Positions 1 through 9,183 of a stretch of DNA of 64,000 bases are shown piece after piece. Numbering within the stretch: the stretch's first letter is position 1; every line of letters starts with the position of its first letter. Location of the stretch: positions 4,534 to 68,533 of the forward strand of contig JBLRWQ010000003.1 of assembly GCA_047921175.1 (NCBI GenBank). The letters run 5' to 3'. The notes under the pieces were generated by a model, which did not search any database, was not told the origin of the DNA, and was given only the letters and a program-made list of their open reading frames with translations. The position numbers and the translations under genes are program-made. The DNA comes from Nitriliruptoraceae bacterium. GTDB taxonomy: Bacteria > Actinomycetota > Nitriliruptoria > Nitriliruptorales > Nitriliruptoraceae.

Positions 1-191
1 ATCGCGTTCCGGGTGGTGCCGGGGACCGGGGTGACGATCGCGACCTTGGCCCCGACCAGCTGGTTGAGCAGGGTGGACTTGCCCGTGTTCGGTCGTCCGA
101 CCAGGGCGATCAGGCCGCTGCGGTGCCCCTCGGGGGTGGGCTCGTGGAGCCCGGCGAGCATGGCCTCGACATCGAGCTCACGCTCGGTCAT
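1..191 (-). CDS. era: GTPase Era, N-terminal 63 codons only (gene continues past the left edge of the window)
   Basis: Reverse complement of 1..191 translates to [63 protein letters not shown]. It has the P-loop GRPNTGKST and a TTR switch motif. Its position after ybeY and the CBS-hemolysin gene fits the conserved phoH-ybeY-corC-era cluster. The ATG at 189-191 overlaps the cdd stop region. Confidence 0.8.
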   Translation of the reverse strand, partial: MTERELDVEAMLAGLHEPTPEGHRSGLIALVGRPNTGKSTLLNQLVGAKVAIVTPVPGTTRNA

Positions 192-627
192 CGGTCACGC
201 CTCCGCGCTCGGCCAGCCGTGCCGGGGTGAAGGCCGCCGGCAGCAGCTCGGCCACGCTGAGCGTCAGGACCGCATCGCCGGTGGACCCGGCGGCGTGGAC
301 CACCGCGTCCGGTCCGAACTCGGCGATGGTCTGCCGACAGGCGCCGCACGGGGTGCAGGGCTCCGGTCCGTCGCCGGCGACCACGACGAGGACGACCTCC
401 TCGCGGGCGCCGTCGGCGCACATCCGGGCCAGGGCCGTCTGCTCGGCGCAGGTGGTGAGCCGGTAGGAGACGTTCTCGACGTTGACCCCCTCGAACCGAC
501 GACCCGACGCGGTGACCACGACCGCTCCCACGTGGAACCCCGAGTACGGGGCGTAGGCGTGCTGCCGGAGCTCGCGGGCGCGCGCGATCAGCGCGGCGAC
601 GTCGATCGCGGGGTCGGTCTCCGGCAC
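178..627 (-). CDS. cdd: cytidine deaminase
   Basis: 149-aa ORF with the zinc-ligand motifs TCAEQTA (CAE) and PCGACRQ (PCxxC) typical of homotetrameric cytidine deaminases. Third codon positions are strongly G/C. Confidence 0.9.
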   Translation of the reverse strand: MPETDPAIDVAALIARARELRQHAYAPYSGFHVGAVVVTASGRRFEGVNVENVSYRLTTCAEQTALARMCADGAREEVVLVVVAGDGPEPCTPCGACRQTIAEFGPDAVVHAAGSTGDAVLTLSVAELLPAAFTPARLAERGGVTDDRA

Positions 628-725
628 CTGGTGCTCCTCGACGGGGCCACCAGCCTACGTCGTCGGCGCCGCCTCGGACGGCAGCGACGGCCCGCGCCAC
701 GTCCGCGTTGCAGGCCCCCGGACAG

Positions 726-798
726 GACCGACGGCCGGCCCCGCACCGGCCGGCCGTCGGTCTGCTCCCCCTCGCTCCCCGCCCGCAGCTGCGGGCGG
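726..798 (-). terminator. two stem-loops downstream of the DHOD-like/PFOR operon
   Basis: Perfect 15-bp inverted repeat GACCGACGGCCGGCC-N7-GGCCGGCCGTCGGTC at 726-762. 20-nt palindrome CCGCCCGCAG/CTGCGGGCGG at 779-798. Both lie just 3' of the stop at 804 on the minus strand. There is no clear U-tract. Confidence 0.45.
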
Positions 799-803
799 GC
801 CCA

Positions 804-1892
804 TCACTGCAGGAACGTGCTCGCGTAGCGCGTGAGCGTGTCCAGGTAGTTGGCCCGCTCGAAGGCGGACGGATCGCGGACGGTGCGCTGGGAGACCGCA
901 CCGACCATCTCCTGGACGGAGGAGTAGCCCGTGTCCATCATCCACGCCTCGAGCTCGCCGAGGATCGTGGCCGCATGGTCCGGGCCCCGGCGCAGCAGCG
1001 CCGAGGTCGACATCCCGACATCCGCGCCGGCGAGCAGGACCTTGGCCAGGTCCGCACCGGTGTGGATGCCGGTGGTCGCTGCCAGCGACGCGCCGACCCG
1101 GCCATGCAGGATCGCGCACCACCGGAGCGGCAACCGCAGCTCGTCGGAGGTGGACAGCACGAGGTGCGGTCCGACCGCCAGGGTCTCCAGGTTGATGTCC
1201 GGCTGGTAGAAGCGGTTGAACAGCACCAGCCCGGCAGCACCGGCATCGGACAGCTGCCGCGCGAGGTTGCCGAAGGCCGAGTAGTAGGGACCGAGCTTGA
1301 CCGAGACGGGCACGCTGGCGGCACCCGCCACCGCCTCCACGAGCGCGAGGGTCTCGAGCTCGACCTGGCGACCGGACACCTCGATGTCCGCGGCGACCCG
1401 GTAGACGTTGAGCTCGATCGCGTCGGCCCCCGCCTCGCTCAGCAACCGGGCGTAGCGCGTCCAGCCACCGGTGGTCACCCCGTTGAGGCTCGCGATGACC
1501 GGCACCGACGTGGCCTTCTTGGCCTCACGGATCAGCGAGAGGTAGCGCGAGACCCCGTTGTTGTAGTCGTCGAGGCTGGGCACGTAGCCGGTGGTGGCCT
1601 CGGGGTTGAGGTCGCTGCCGTACTCCGACAGCGCCTCCATCTGGGTGGACTCGTGCTCGAGCTGCTCCTCGAACAGGCTCGGCAGCACCACCGCACCGAT
1701 CCCCGCGGCGTCGAGCGCCCTGAGGGAGGGCAGGTCACCGGTGAACGGGCCGGCGGAGGCCACCAGCGGGCTGCGCAGCTGCATCCCGAGGTAGTCGGTG
1801 GTCAGGTCGACCTCGCCCTCGAACTCGGGTCCGCTCGGGACCACGTGGCCGGGGCCGGGAGGGGCATCGTCCTCGTGCCAGTCGGTGGTCAT
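804..1892 (-). CDS. dihydroorotate dehydrogenase-like TIM-barrel flavoprotein (PFOR-associated)
   Basis: 362-aa ORF resembling class-1 PyrD (SPLVASAGP..., LNVYRV..., VSVKLGPYY, LVLFNRF, TTGIHTGADLAKVLLAGA). GAGGAG lies 8 nt before the ATG. The start is 2 nt after the PFOR stop. Confidence 0.8.
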   Translation of the reverse strand: MTTDWHEDDAPPGPGHVVPSGPEFEGEVDLTTDYLGMQLRSPLVASAGPFTGDLPSLRALDAAGIGAVVLPSLFEEQLEHESTQMEALSEYGSDLNPEATTGYVPSLDDYNNGVSRYLSLIREAKKATSVPVIASLNGVTTGGWTRYARLLSEAGADAIELNVYRVAADIEVSGRQVELETLALVEAVAGAASVPVSVKLGPYYSAFGNLARQLSDAGAAGLVLFNRFYQPDINLETLAVGPHLVLSTSDELRLPLRWCAILHGRVGASLAATTGIHTGADLAKVLLAGADVGMSTSALLRRGPDHAATILGELEAWMMDTGYSSVQEMVGAVSQRTVRDPSAFERANYLDTLTRYASTFLQ

Positions 1893-1894
1893 CG

Positions 1895-4800
1895 TCAGCT
1901 CTCCTCGGTCTCGGCTGCGGCGTCGGACACGTCGGTCGCGACCTCGGGTTGGGTCCGCTCCAGCCCGGCCAGCTGCTCGTAGTAGCGCCAGCGCTCGTCC
2001 ACGTCGCTCTGGGCGAGCGCCATGAGCATCTTCGCGCGCTCGGGGTCGGTCCGGGTCAGGGAGGCGAAGCGGCCCTCGGTGGTCAGGAAGTCCTTGACCG
2101 GCTGGGCAGGGGCCTTCGAGTCGAGCTTGAACGGCTGCTCGTGCTCGTCCTCACCCGGGTGGTAGCGGAACAGCGGCCAGTACCCGGTCTTGACCGCGAG
2201 GTCCATCCGGTTCATGGAGTCCTTCATGTCCACGCCGTGCGCGATGCAGGTCGAGTAGGCCAGCAGTAGGGACGGTCCCGGCCAGGCTTCGGCCTCGCGC
2301 ATCGCCTTCAGCGTCTGCATCTCGTTGGCACCGAGCGCGATCTTGGCCACGTACACGTGCCCGTACTGCATCGCCAGCAGGCCGAGGTCCTTCTTCGGTG
2401 AGCCCTTGCCGGCGGTCGCGAACTTCGCCACCGCACCGCGGGTGGTCGCCTTGGAGGCCTGCCCGCCGGTGTTGGAGTACACCTCGGTGTCGAGCACCAG
2501 GACGTTGACGTCCTCCCCGGACGCGAGCACGTGGTCGAGCCCACCGAAGCCGATGTCGTACGCCCAGCCGTCACCACCGACGATCCAGACGTCACGGCGG
2601 ACCAACGAACCGGCGATGACGTCGAGGTGGCGGGCGGCAGCCGCCCGGTCACCGGTCACCCCGTCCAGCCGCCGGCGCAGCTCGACGACCCGCTCACGCT
2701 GGGCCTTGAGCCCGGCCTCGTCGTCCTGGTCGGCGGTCAGCAGCGCGGTCACCAGGTCGTCGCCGACCTCGCTGGCCAGCGTCTGCAGCAGGTGCAGCGC
2801 CAGCTCCCGCGTCTCGTTGATGGCGAGCCGCATGCCGAGCCCGAACTCCGCGTTGTCCTCGAACAACGAGTTGGACCAGGCCGGACCGCGCCCGTCGATG
2901 TTCGTGCCGTACGGGGTCGTCGGGAGGTTGCCGCCGTAGATCGAGGAGCAGCCGGTCGCGTTGGCGATGACGGAGCGGTCGCCGAACAGCTGGCTCATCA
3001 GCTTGATGTACGGGGTCTCCCCGCAGCCGGCGCAGGCCCCGGAGAACTCGAACAGGGGCTGCAGGGTCTGGGAGTGCTTGACCGTGTCGTTGCGCACCGT
3101 CTCGCGGTCCGGGTACGGCAGCTCGAGGAAGGTCTTGAAGCGCTCACGCTCCAGGTCGATCACCGTGCGCTCGTCCGCGCCGTCGGCGGGGTCGAGCACC
3201 GGCGTCATGTTGATCGACTTGTGGCCGACGTCGGTCCGGCTGACCGCGGGGCAGGTCTCCACACAGACGCTGCAGCCGGTGCAGTCGTCCGGGGCGACCT
3301 GGACGGTCAGGCGCATGTCCTTGAGGTCGCGGTCCTTGAACGGCCGCGACAGGAAGCTCTCCGGCACATCGTCGAGGTGCTGCTCGTCGAAGATCTTGAT
3401 CTGGATCGCGGCGTGGGGACAGACGATCGCGCACTTGCCGCAGTTGATGCAGATGTCCGGATCCCAGGTCGGGATCTCCAGCGCGATGGAACGCTTCTCG
3501 TACCGACCGGTGGAGGTCGGGAAGGCTCCGTCCACCGGCAGGGCGGAGACCGGCAGCTGCTCCCCCTCGCCGGCCAGCAGCCGCGCGGTGACGCGCTGCA
3601 CGAAGTCCGGGACGTCGCCCTCCTCGAGCTCGGTCAGCGCGAGCGCCCGCTCGATCGGGTCCGGACGGGTCAGGGTCGAGGTCGCCTCGTCGGGGATCTC
3701 GATCCGGTGGATCGCGTCCTTCGCGGCCTCGATGGCGTCGAGGTTGCGGGTCACGACCTTCTCACCGGCGCGGCCGTAGCTCTTGCGCACGGCATCCTGG
3801 ATCGCGGCGAGCGCCTCGTCCCGGGGCAGCACCCCGCTGATGAGGAAGAACGCCGCCTGCATGATGGTGTTGATGCGCCCACCCAGGCCGACCGACCGCG
3901 CGATGCTGTGGCCGTCGATGGTGTAGACGGCCAGGCCGCGCTCGATCATGATCTGCTGCACGTCCCGCGGCAGGCGGTCCCAGACCGCGTCGGCCTCGAA
4001 GGGGGCGTTGAGCAGGACCGTGCCGCCAGGCTTGATCTCCCGCAGCACCTCGAGCTTCTCGAGCAGCCCGAACTGGTGCACCCCGACGAAGTCGGCCACC
4101 TCGACGAGGTAGGTCGACGGGATCGGATGGGAGGAGACGCGCAGGTGCGCGGCGGTGACCGCGCCGGACTTCTTCGAGTCGTAGACGAAGTAGGCCTGGC
4201 TGTGCTTGCCGAGGCCCTCGGCGAGGATCTTGGTGGTGTTCTTGGCCGCGCCGACGGTGCCGTCGGAGCCGAGGCCGTGGAAGATCGCGGCGAGGTCGTC
4301 GTCCGCACGCGGCAGCTCGAAGGTCCGGTCGACCTCGAGGGAGAGGTGCGTGACATCGTCGTTGATGCCGACGGTGAAGCGGCGCTTGGGGTCGTCCTTG
4401 GACAGTTCGGTGAGGACCGCAGCGACCATCGCCGGGGTGAACTCCTTGCTGGACAGGCCGTAGCGCCCCCCGAGCACCCGCGGCAGCGACTCGAGCACGC
4501 CGGTCGAGTACGCATCCGCGAGGACGGTCAGCACCTCCTGCAGCAGCGGCTCACCGGTCGCGCCGGGCTCCTTGGTGCGGTCGAGCACGGCGATCGAGCG
4601 GACGGTCTCGGGCAGCGCGGCGAGGAAGGCCTCGACGGGGAAGGGCCGGAACAGCCGCACGACCAAAGCACCGACCTTCTCGCCCTGCTCGACGAGGTGG
4701 TCGATGACCTGCTGGGTCGGGCCGACCCCGGAGCCCATCAGCACGACGACGCGCTCGGCGTCCGGGGCACCGTGGTACTCGATCAGGCCGTAGCGCCGGC

Positions 4801-5620
4801 CGGTGCGCTCCGCCAGGACGTCCATGACCTGCTCGACGGCTGCCGGGACCGCCTCGGTGTAGAGGTTCCCGGCCTCACGGGCCTGGAAGAACACGTCCGG
4901 GTTCTGCGCGGAGCCACGCAGGGTCGGGTGGTCCGGGTCGAGCGAGCGCTGACGGAAGCGCAGCACGTCCTCCTCGACGATCATCGCGCGCAGGTCGTCA
5001 TCGGACAGCAACTCGACCCGGTTGAGCTCGTGCGAGGTGCGGAACCCGTCGAAGAAGTGCATCACCGGCAGGCGGGTGGCCAGCGTGGCGGCGTGCGCCA
5101 CCGCGGCCATGTCGTGGGCCTCCTGGGGGGAGTTGGAGGCCAGCATCGTCCAGCCGGTGGAGCGTGCGGCCATGACGTCGGAGTGGTCCCCGAAGATCGA
5201 CAGGGCGTGGGTCGCGACGGTCCGTGCGGCGACGTGGATCACCGCCGGCGTCAGCTCGCCGGCGATCTTGAACATGTTGGGCAGCATCAGCAGCAGGCCC
5301 TGGGAGGACGTGAAGGTCGTCCCGAGCGAGCCGGCCTGGATCGCGCCGTGCAGCGCGCCGGCGGCGCCACCCTCCGACTGCATCTCCACGACCGAGGGGA
5401 CCGCACCCCACAGGTTCGGCTTGCCCGCCGAGGACCAGGCGTCCGAGAACTCCCCCATCGGGGAGGACGGCGTGATCGGGTAGATCGCGATCGTCTCGGA
5501 ACAGCGGTAGGCCACGCTGGCCGCGGCTTCGTTGCCGTCGAGGGTCACGGCCCGTGGCCGCGGCTCCTCCTGCGGCGTTGCCGGATCGGAACTAGCGGTG
5601 GACACGGTCGTGGCTGCCAT
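1895..5620 (-). CDS. nifJ: pyruvate:ferredoxin (flavodoxin) oxidoreductase, single-polypeptide NifJ type
   Basis: About 1241 aa. Two ferredoxin-type clusters are present (CINCGKCAIVCPH and CTGCSVCVETCP), plus a TPP-binding region GGDGWAYDIGFGGLD and the typical N-terminus VTLDGNEAAASVAYR. I chose the start at the ATG 5618-5620 (MAATTV), which is preceded by GGAGAGG. The track ORF extends to 5773, but that extension is R/P-rich. Confidence 0.93.
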   Translation of the reverse strand: MAATTVSTASSDPATPQEEPRPRAVTLDGNEAAASVAYRCSETIAIYPITPSSPMGEFSDAWSSAGKPNLWGAVPSVVEMQSEGGAAGALHGAIQAGSLGTTFTSSQGLLLMLPNMFKIAGELTPAVIHVAARTVATHALSIFGDHSDVMAARSTGWTMLASNSPQEAHDMAAVAHAATLATRLPVMHFFDGFRTSHELNRVELLSDDDLRAMIVEEDVLRFRQRSLDPDHPTLRGSAQNPDVFFQAREAGNLYTEAVPAAVEQVMDVLAERTGRRYGLIEYHGAPDAERVVVLMGSGVGPTQQVIDHLVEQGEKVGALVVRLFRPFPVEAFLAALPETVRSIAVLDRTKEPGATGEPLLQEVLTVLADAYSTGVLESLPRVLGGRYGLSSKEFTPAMVAAVLTELSKDDPKRRFTVGINDDVTHLSLEVDRTFELPRADDDLAAIFHGLGSDGTVGAAKNTTKILAEGLGKHSQAYFVYDSKKSGAVTAAHLRVSSHPIPSTYLVEVADFVGVHQFGLLEKLEVLREIKPGGTVLLNAPFEADAVWDRLPRDVQQIMIERGLAVYTIDGHSIARSVGLGGRINTIMQAAFFLISGVLPRDEALAAIQDAVRKSYGRAGEKVVTRNLDAIEAAKDAIHRIEIPDEATSTLTRPDPIERALALTELEEGDVPDFVQRVTARLLAGEGEQLPVSALPVDGAFPTSTGRYEKRSIALEIPTWDPDICINCGKCAIVCPHAAIQIKIFDEQHLDDVPESFLSRPFKDRDLKDMRLTVQVAPDDCTGCSVCVETCPAVSRTDVGHKSINMTPVLDPADGADERTVIDLERERFKTFLELPYPDRETVRNDTVKHSQTLQPLFEFSGACAGCGETPYIKLMSQLFGDRSVIANATGCSSIYGGNLPTTPYGTNIDGRGPAWSNSLFEDNAEFGLGMRLAINETRELALHLLQTLASEVGDDLVTALLTADQDDEAGLKAQRERVVELRRRLDGVTGDRAAAARHLDVIAGSLVRRDVWIVGGDGWAYDIGFGGLDHVLASGEDVNVLVLDTEVYSNTGGQASKATTRGAVAKFATAGKGSPKKDLGLLAMQYGHVYVAKIALGANEMQTLKAMREAEAWPGPSLLLAYSTCIAHGVDMKDSMNRMDLAVKTGYWPLFRYHPGEDEHEQPFKLDSKAPAQPVKDFLTTEGRFASLTRTDPERAKMLMALAQSDVDERWRYYEQLAGLERTQPEVATDVSDAAAETEES

Positions 5621-5675
5621 CGGACACCTCTCCATGAGCGCGCGGCGCGGGCGCGCGCGGACGTCAGTGGTGACG

Positions 5676-7034
5676 CTATGAGGAGGAGCGCTCCGGCGGG
5701 TCGGCCGCAGGTCCCCTGTCCTCGGGACCTCGGGCCCCATCGGGCGGCGGATCGTGCTCCGGGTCGTCGCCACGGTCGGTGGGGGCGGTGACCAGCACGC
5801 TCGTGATCCGTCGGCCCTTCAATCCCTCGACCTCGATCACGGTGCCGTCGAGCTCGATGCGCTCCCCCGCACGGGGCAGACGTCCGAGGGTGGCGAAGAC
5901 CAGCCCGCCGACGGTGTCCCAGCCCTCCTCCGGGAGCTGGAGCCCGAGCAGCTCGTTGAGGTCGTCGACGCCGAGCCGGGCATCGATGCGGATCCGGCCA
6001 TCCTCAAGCGGCTCGACCAGCGCCTCCTCGTGGTCGTGTTCGTCCACGATCTCGCCGACGATCTCCTCCAGCACGTCCTCGATGGTCACGATGCCGACGA
6101 ACTCGCCGTACTCGTCGACGACCAGCGCGAGGTGGACCGCATCGGCCTGCAGCTCGCGCAGCAGGTCGTCGAGCCGTTTGGTCTCCGGGACGAAGGTCGC
6201 CGGGCGGACGAGGTCCTGCCAGCCGTCACCGTCGCCGCTGGCCAGTCGGCGCAGGAGATCCTTGGCGTAGACCACCCCGACGAGCTCGTCCACGTCGTCG
6301 GCGGCGTGGACCGGCAGCCGCGAGTAGCCACCGTCCACGGCGGTGCGGACCACCTCCTCGATCGGCGCGGTCAGCTCCACGGTGGCCACGTCCGGGCGGG
6401 GCACCATGACCTCGCGCACCAGGGTGTCACCGAGCTCGAAGATGGAGCGGATCATCGCCCGCTCCTCGGGCTCCAGCGCATCGTCCTCGTCGTCCTCGTC
6501 CCCGGAGAGCGCCCGCAGCTCGTCGTCGCCGGCGTGCGGTCCGGAGACCTCGTGGCGCTGCGGCACGAGCGCCCGACCGACGGCGATCACCGCGGCGGAC
6601 ACGGGTCCGGTGGCCCGGACCAGCCCCCGACCGGGCCTGGCCAGCAGCAACCCGGCGGTCTCCAGGTGCCGCAGCACCAACGTACGCGGCACCACCTCCG
6701 CCAGGACGAGGCTGGCAACGACGGTGAGCACCGCAGCAGTGACCACGGCCCAGGCCGACGCGAGCTCCAGCACGACCAGGGCGGTCACCACCGTCGCCAG
6801 CGCGACCCGCGCGCTGACGGTGGCGACCAGCAGCGCATCGAGGCTGCGCGAGCGGTGCTCGGTCAACCACAGCAGGGCGACGGCACGTGCCTCGTCGTCG
6901 TGCTCCTCGGCGATCCGCAGGGCCCGCACCACGCTCATGCGGGACACGACGGTCTCGACCGCGGCGAGGACCGCGGTCAGCACGAGCAGCGCCACGGCGG
7001 CGACCGTGCCGACGAGCAACGTCGCGTCGGTCAC
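5676..7034 (-). CDS. hemolysin-family membrane protein (DUF21 TM region + CBS pair + CorC/HlyC C-terminal domain)
   Basis: Hydrophobic N-terminal segments are followed by CBS-like VREVMVPRPDV...PVHAADDVDELVGVVYAKDLL. The C-terminal transporter-associated domain reads IRIDARLGVDDLNELLGLQLPEEGWDTVGGLVFATLGRLPRAGE. I chose the start GTG at 7032-7034, which forms a GTGA overlap with the ybeY stop. The longer track ORF start at 7223 would overlap ybeY. Confidence 0.85.
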   Translation of the reverse strand: MTDATLLVGTVAAVALLVLTAVLAAVETVVSRMSVVRALRIAEEHDDEARAVALLWLTEHRSRSLDALLVATVSARVALATVVTALVVLELASAWAVVTAAVLTVVASLVLAEVVPRTLVLRHLETAGLLLARPGRGLVRATGPVSAAVIAVGRALVPQRHEVSGPHAGDDELRALSGDEDDEDDALEPEERAMIRSIFELGDTLVREVMVPRPDVATVELTAPIEEVVRTAVDGGYSRLPVHAADDVDELVGVVYAKDLLRRLASGDGDGWQDLVRPATFVPETKRLDDLLRELQADAVHLALVVDEYGEFVGIVTIEDVLEEIVGEIVDEHDHEEALVEPLEDGRIRIDARLGVDDLNELLGLQLPEEGWDTVGGLVFATLGRLPRAGERIELDGTVIEVEGLKGRRITSVLVTAPTDRGDDPEHDPPPDGARGPEDRGPAADPPERSSS

Positions 7035-7483
7035 CGGGCGCGACCCTCGCGTCGGTGGCCGTCCAGCAGCCGGTCGGTGAGGGCGAACATCTCGCGCTCC
7101 TCGGCCGCCACGGCGTGGTCCATCCCCAGCAGGTGCAGCAGCCCGTGGACGGTCAGCAGGCGCAGCTCCTCGTGGGTGGTGCGCTGGAACCGCGGCGCCT
7201 GCGCGGCGGCGACCGCGGGACACAGCACCACGTCACCCAGCACGGCCGTGATGTCGGGCGGGGTCTCCCCCGGCTCGTCGATCGGGAAGGCCAGCACGTC
7301 GGTCGGCCCGGCCTTGCCGAGGTGGGTCTCGTTCAGCCCTGCGATCGTGGCCTCGTCGACCAGCAGGAGGGCGACCTCCATGTCCTCCGGCACCCGGCGG
7401 GCACGCAGGACGTAGCGGGCGAGGTCCAGCAGGTCCTCGGTGTCCACCACCTCGGTCTGCTCGTCGGCCAGGTAGACCGCCAC
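7031..7483 (-). CDS. ybeY: rRNA maturation endoribonuclease YbeY
   Basis: 150 aa with the hallmark HGLLHLLGMDH zinc motif. It sits between phoH and the CBS-hemolysin gene. Confidence 0.93.
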   Translation of the reverse strand: MAVYLADEQTEVVDTEDLLDLARYVLRARRVPEDMEVALLLVDEATIAGLNETHLGKAGPTDVLAFPIDEPGETPPDITAVLGDVVLCPAVAAAQAPRFQRTTHEELRLLTVHGLLHLLGMDHAVAAEEREMFALTDRLLDGHRREGRAR

Positions 7484-7484
7484 G

Positions 7485-8567
7485 TCACGCCCCCCCGCGC
7501 GCCGGCCCCACCTCGGGCGCGCGGTCCGGCTCCTGCTGGGCCTCGTCGTAGGCCTCGTAGGCCTCGACGATGCGCTGGACGATGTGATGGCGGACCACGT
7601 CGCCGGAGGTCAGCCGCGAGAACGCGACGCCCTCGATGCCGTCGAGGATCTCGCCGACGATGCGCAGTCCCGATCGGGCCCCGCTGGGGAGATCGACCTG
7701 GCTCACGTCGCCGGTGACCACGGCCTTGGAGTTGAACCCGATGCGGGTCAGGAACATCTTCATCTGCTCGGGCGTGGTGTTCTGCGCCTCGTCGAGCACG
7801 ATGAAGGCGTCGTTGAGGGTGCGGCCACGCATGTAGGCGAGCGGGGCGATCTCGATCGTGCCCCGGTCCACGTGGGAGACCAGCTCCTCGGCCTCCATCA
7901 TGTCGTGCAGGGCGTCCCACAGGGGCTTGAGGTACGGGTCGATCTTCTCGTGCAGCGTGCCGGGGAGGAACCCGAGCCGCTCCCCCGCCTCCACCGCGGG
8001 GCGGGTCAGGATCAGGCGGTTGACCTGCTTGGACCGCAGTGCCTGGACGGCCGCCCCCATGGCCAGGTAGGTCTTGCCGGTCCCGGCGGGCCCGATCCCG
8101 AAGGTGACGGTGTTGGCCTTGATGGCGTCGAGGTAGCGCTTCTGCCCGAGCGTCTTGGCACGGATCGTGCGCCCACGGTGGGTGATCAGCGCCTCGGACA
8201 GCACCTCCGAGGGCCGCTCGTCGCTGTCGTCGCGGATCATGCGGACGGTCTGGCGGACCACGCCCCGGTCGATCGCGTGGCCGCGGTCGAGCAGCAGCAC
8301 GAGCTCCTCGAACAGCCGCGCGACCCGGGCGGTCTCCTCGGGGTCCTCGGAGCGGATCGCGATCTCGTTGCCGCGGACGTGGATCACCGCGTGGAAGGCG
8401 TCCTCGATGGTGCGCAGGAGCTCATCGCGGGTGCCGAGCAGCGAGACCATCGCGTGCTCACCGGGGACCAGGACGCGGACCGCCGTGATGCGCTCATCGC
8501 CGTCGGTACGGGTCGTCGTCGCTGCGGGGACCGGGGTCCGGGTCGAGGTGGTCGGCGTGCGTCCCAC
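7485..8567 (-). CDS. phoH: PhoH-family ATPase
   Basis: Walker A GPAGTGKTYLA, IVLDEAQN and VVTGDVSQVDLP motifs. The exact start (GTG 8565-8567) is uncertain. Confidence 0.9.
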   Translation of the reverse strand: MGRTPTTSTRTPVPAATTTRTDGDERITAVRVLVPGEHAMVSLLGTRDELLRTIEDAFHAVIHVRGNEIAIRSEDPEETARVARLFEELVLLLDRGHAIDRGVVRQTVRMIRDDSDERPSEVLSEALITHRGRTIRAKTLGQKRYLDAIKANTVTFGIGPAGTGKTYLAMGAAVQALRSKQVNRLILTRPAVEAGERLGFLPGTLHEKIDPYLKPLWDALHDMMEAEELVSHVDRGTIEIAPLAYMRGRTLNDAFIVLDEAQNTTPEQMKMFLTRIGFNSKAVVTGDVSQVDLPSGARSGLRIVGEILDGIEGVAFSRLTSGDVVRHHIVQRIVEAYEAYDEAQQEPDRAPEVGPARGGA

Positions 8568-8583
8568 GGGTGGGCGGTGCTCC

Positions 8584-9063
8584 TCAGCGGACGACGCCGG
8601 CCTCGGAGAGCCGGGTCCGCAGATCGTCGGGGTTGGCGTCCAGGACCGCGGCCAGCAGCTCGAGGTCGCCGGAACGGACCGTCAGGACCCGCCCGTTGTA
8701 GTCGCCGCGCCGGGCCTGGATCGCCGCAGCGTACCGGCGGACGGCCGGCTCGACCTGTCGCTGGCCCTCCAGTGCGGCCAGGTCGATCACGAGCTCCGGC
8801 CCCGGGTCCATGGCCGTGGCACCCCCGACGCCGGGCTGCGGGAGGAGCTCCGCGACGGGGACGCGGTAGAAGTCCGCCAAGCGCTGCAAGCGCAGGATCG
8901 AGACCGCGCGTTCGCCACGCTCGTAGGCACCGACGACGGAGGCCTTCAGCTCCCCGGCACTGCGCTCCTCGACCTCGTGCAGCGACAGACCCTGCTGCTG
9001 GCGGACCCGGCGGAGGCGGTCACCGAGCAGCGCGGGGTACCGCTCCTCGTCCGTTGCCATCAT
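8584..9063 (-). CDS. XRE-type helix-turn-helix transcriptional regulator with a C-terminal domain of unknown function
   Basis: LGDRLRRVRQQQGLSLHEVEERSAGELKASVVGAYERGERAVSILRLQRLADFY is a classic HTH_3-like segment. I chose the start at the double ATG 9058-9063, preceded by GAGGGGG. The track start at 9150 is R-rich. Confidence 0.75.
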   Translation of the reverse strand: MMATDEERYPALLGDRLRRVRQQQGLSLHEVEERSAGELKASVVGAYERGERAVSILRLQRLADFYRVPVAELLPQPGVGGATAMDPGPELVIDLAALEGQRQVEPAVRRYAAAIQARRGDYNGRVLTVRSGDLELLAAVLDANPDDLRTRLSEAGVVR

Positions 9064-9183
9064 CGACCCCCTCACCGCCGGCACGACGTCGTACCGACGT
9101 GACCGTGCCTCTCGTTCACCGTACCGCGACCACGCTGCGTCAGACAGCACGCTGACCAGCTGCGACGACCCGACGACGCTGCG

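Noticed and set aside
5621-5773. 51-codon N-terminal extension of the PFOR ORF in the track
   Set aside because: The extension is R/P/T-rich (MATTRSTIRRPMGPEVPRTGDLRPTRR...). The internal ATG at 5620 has a GGAGAGG RBS and gives a typical PFOR N-terminus.
2531-5791. 1,086-aa plus-strand ORF
   Set aside because: It is antisense to the PFOR gene. The translation is R/G/D/V/H-rich with no motifs. Long open antisense frames are expected at this GC content, and the minus-strand product has unmistakable PFOR motifs.
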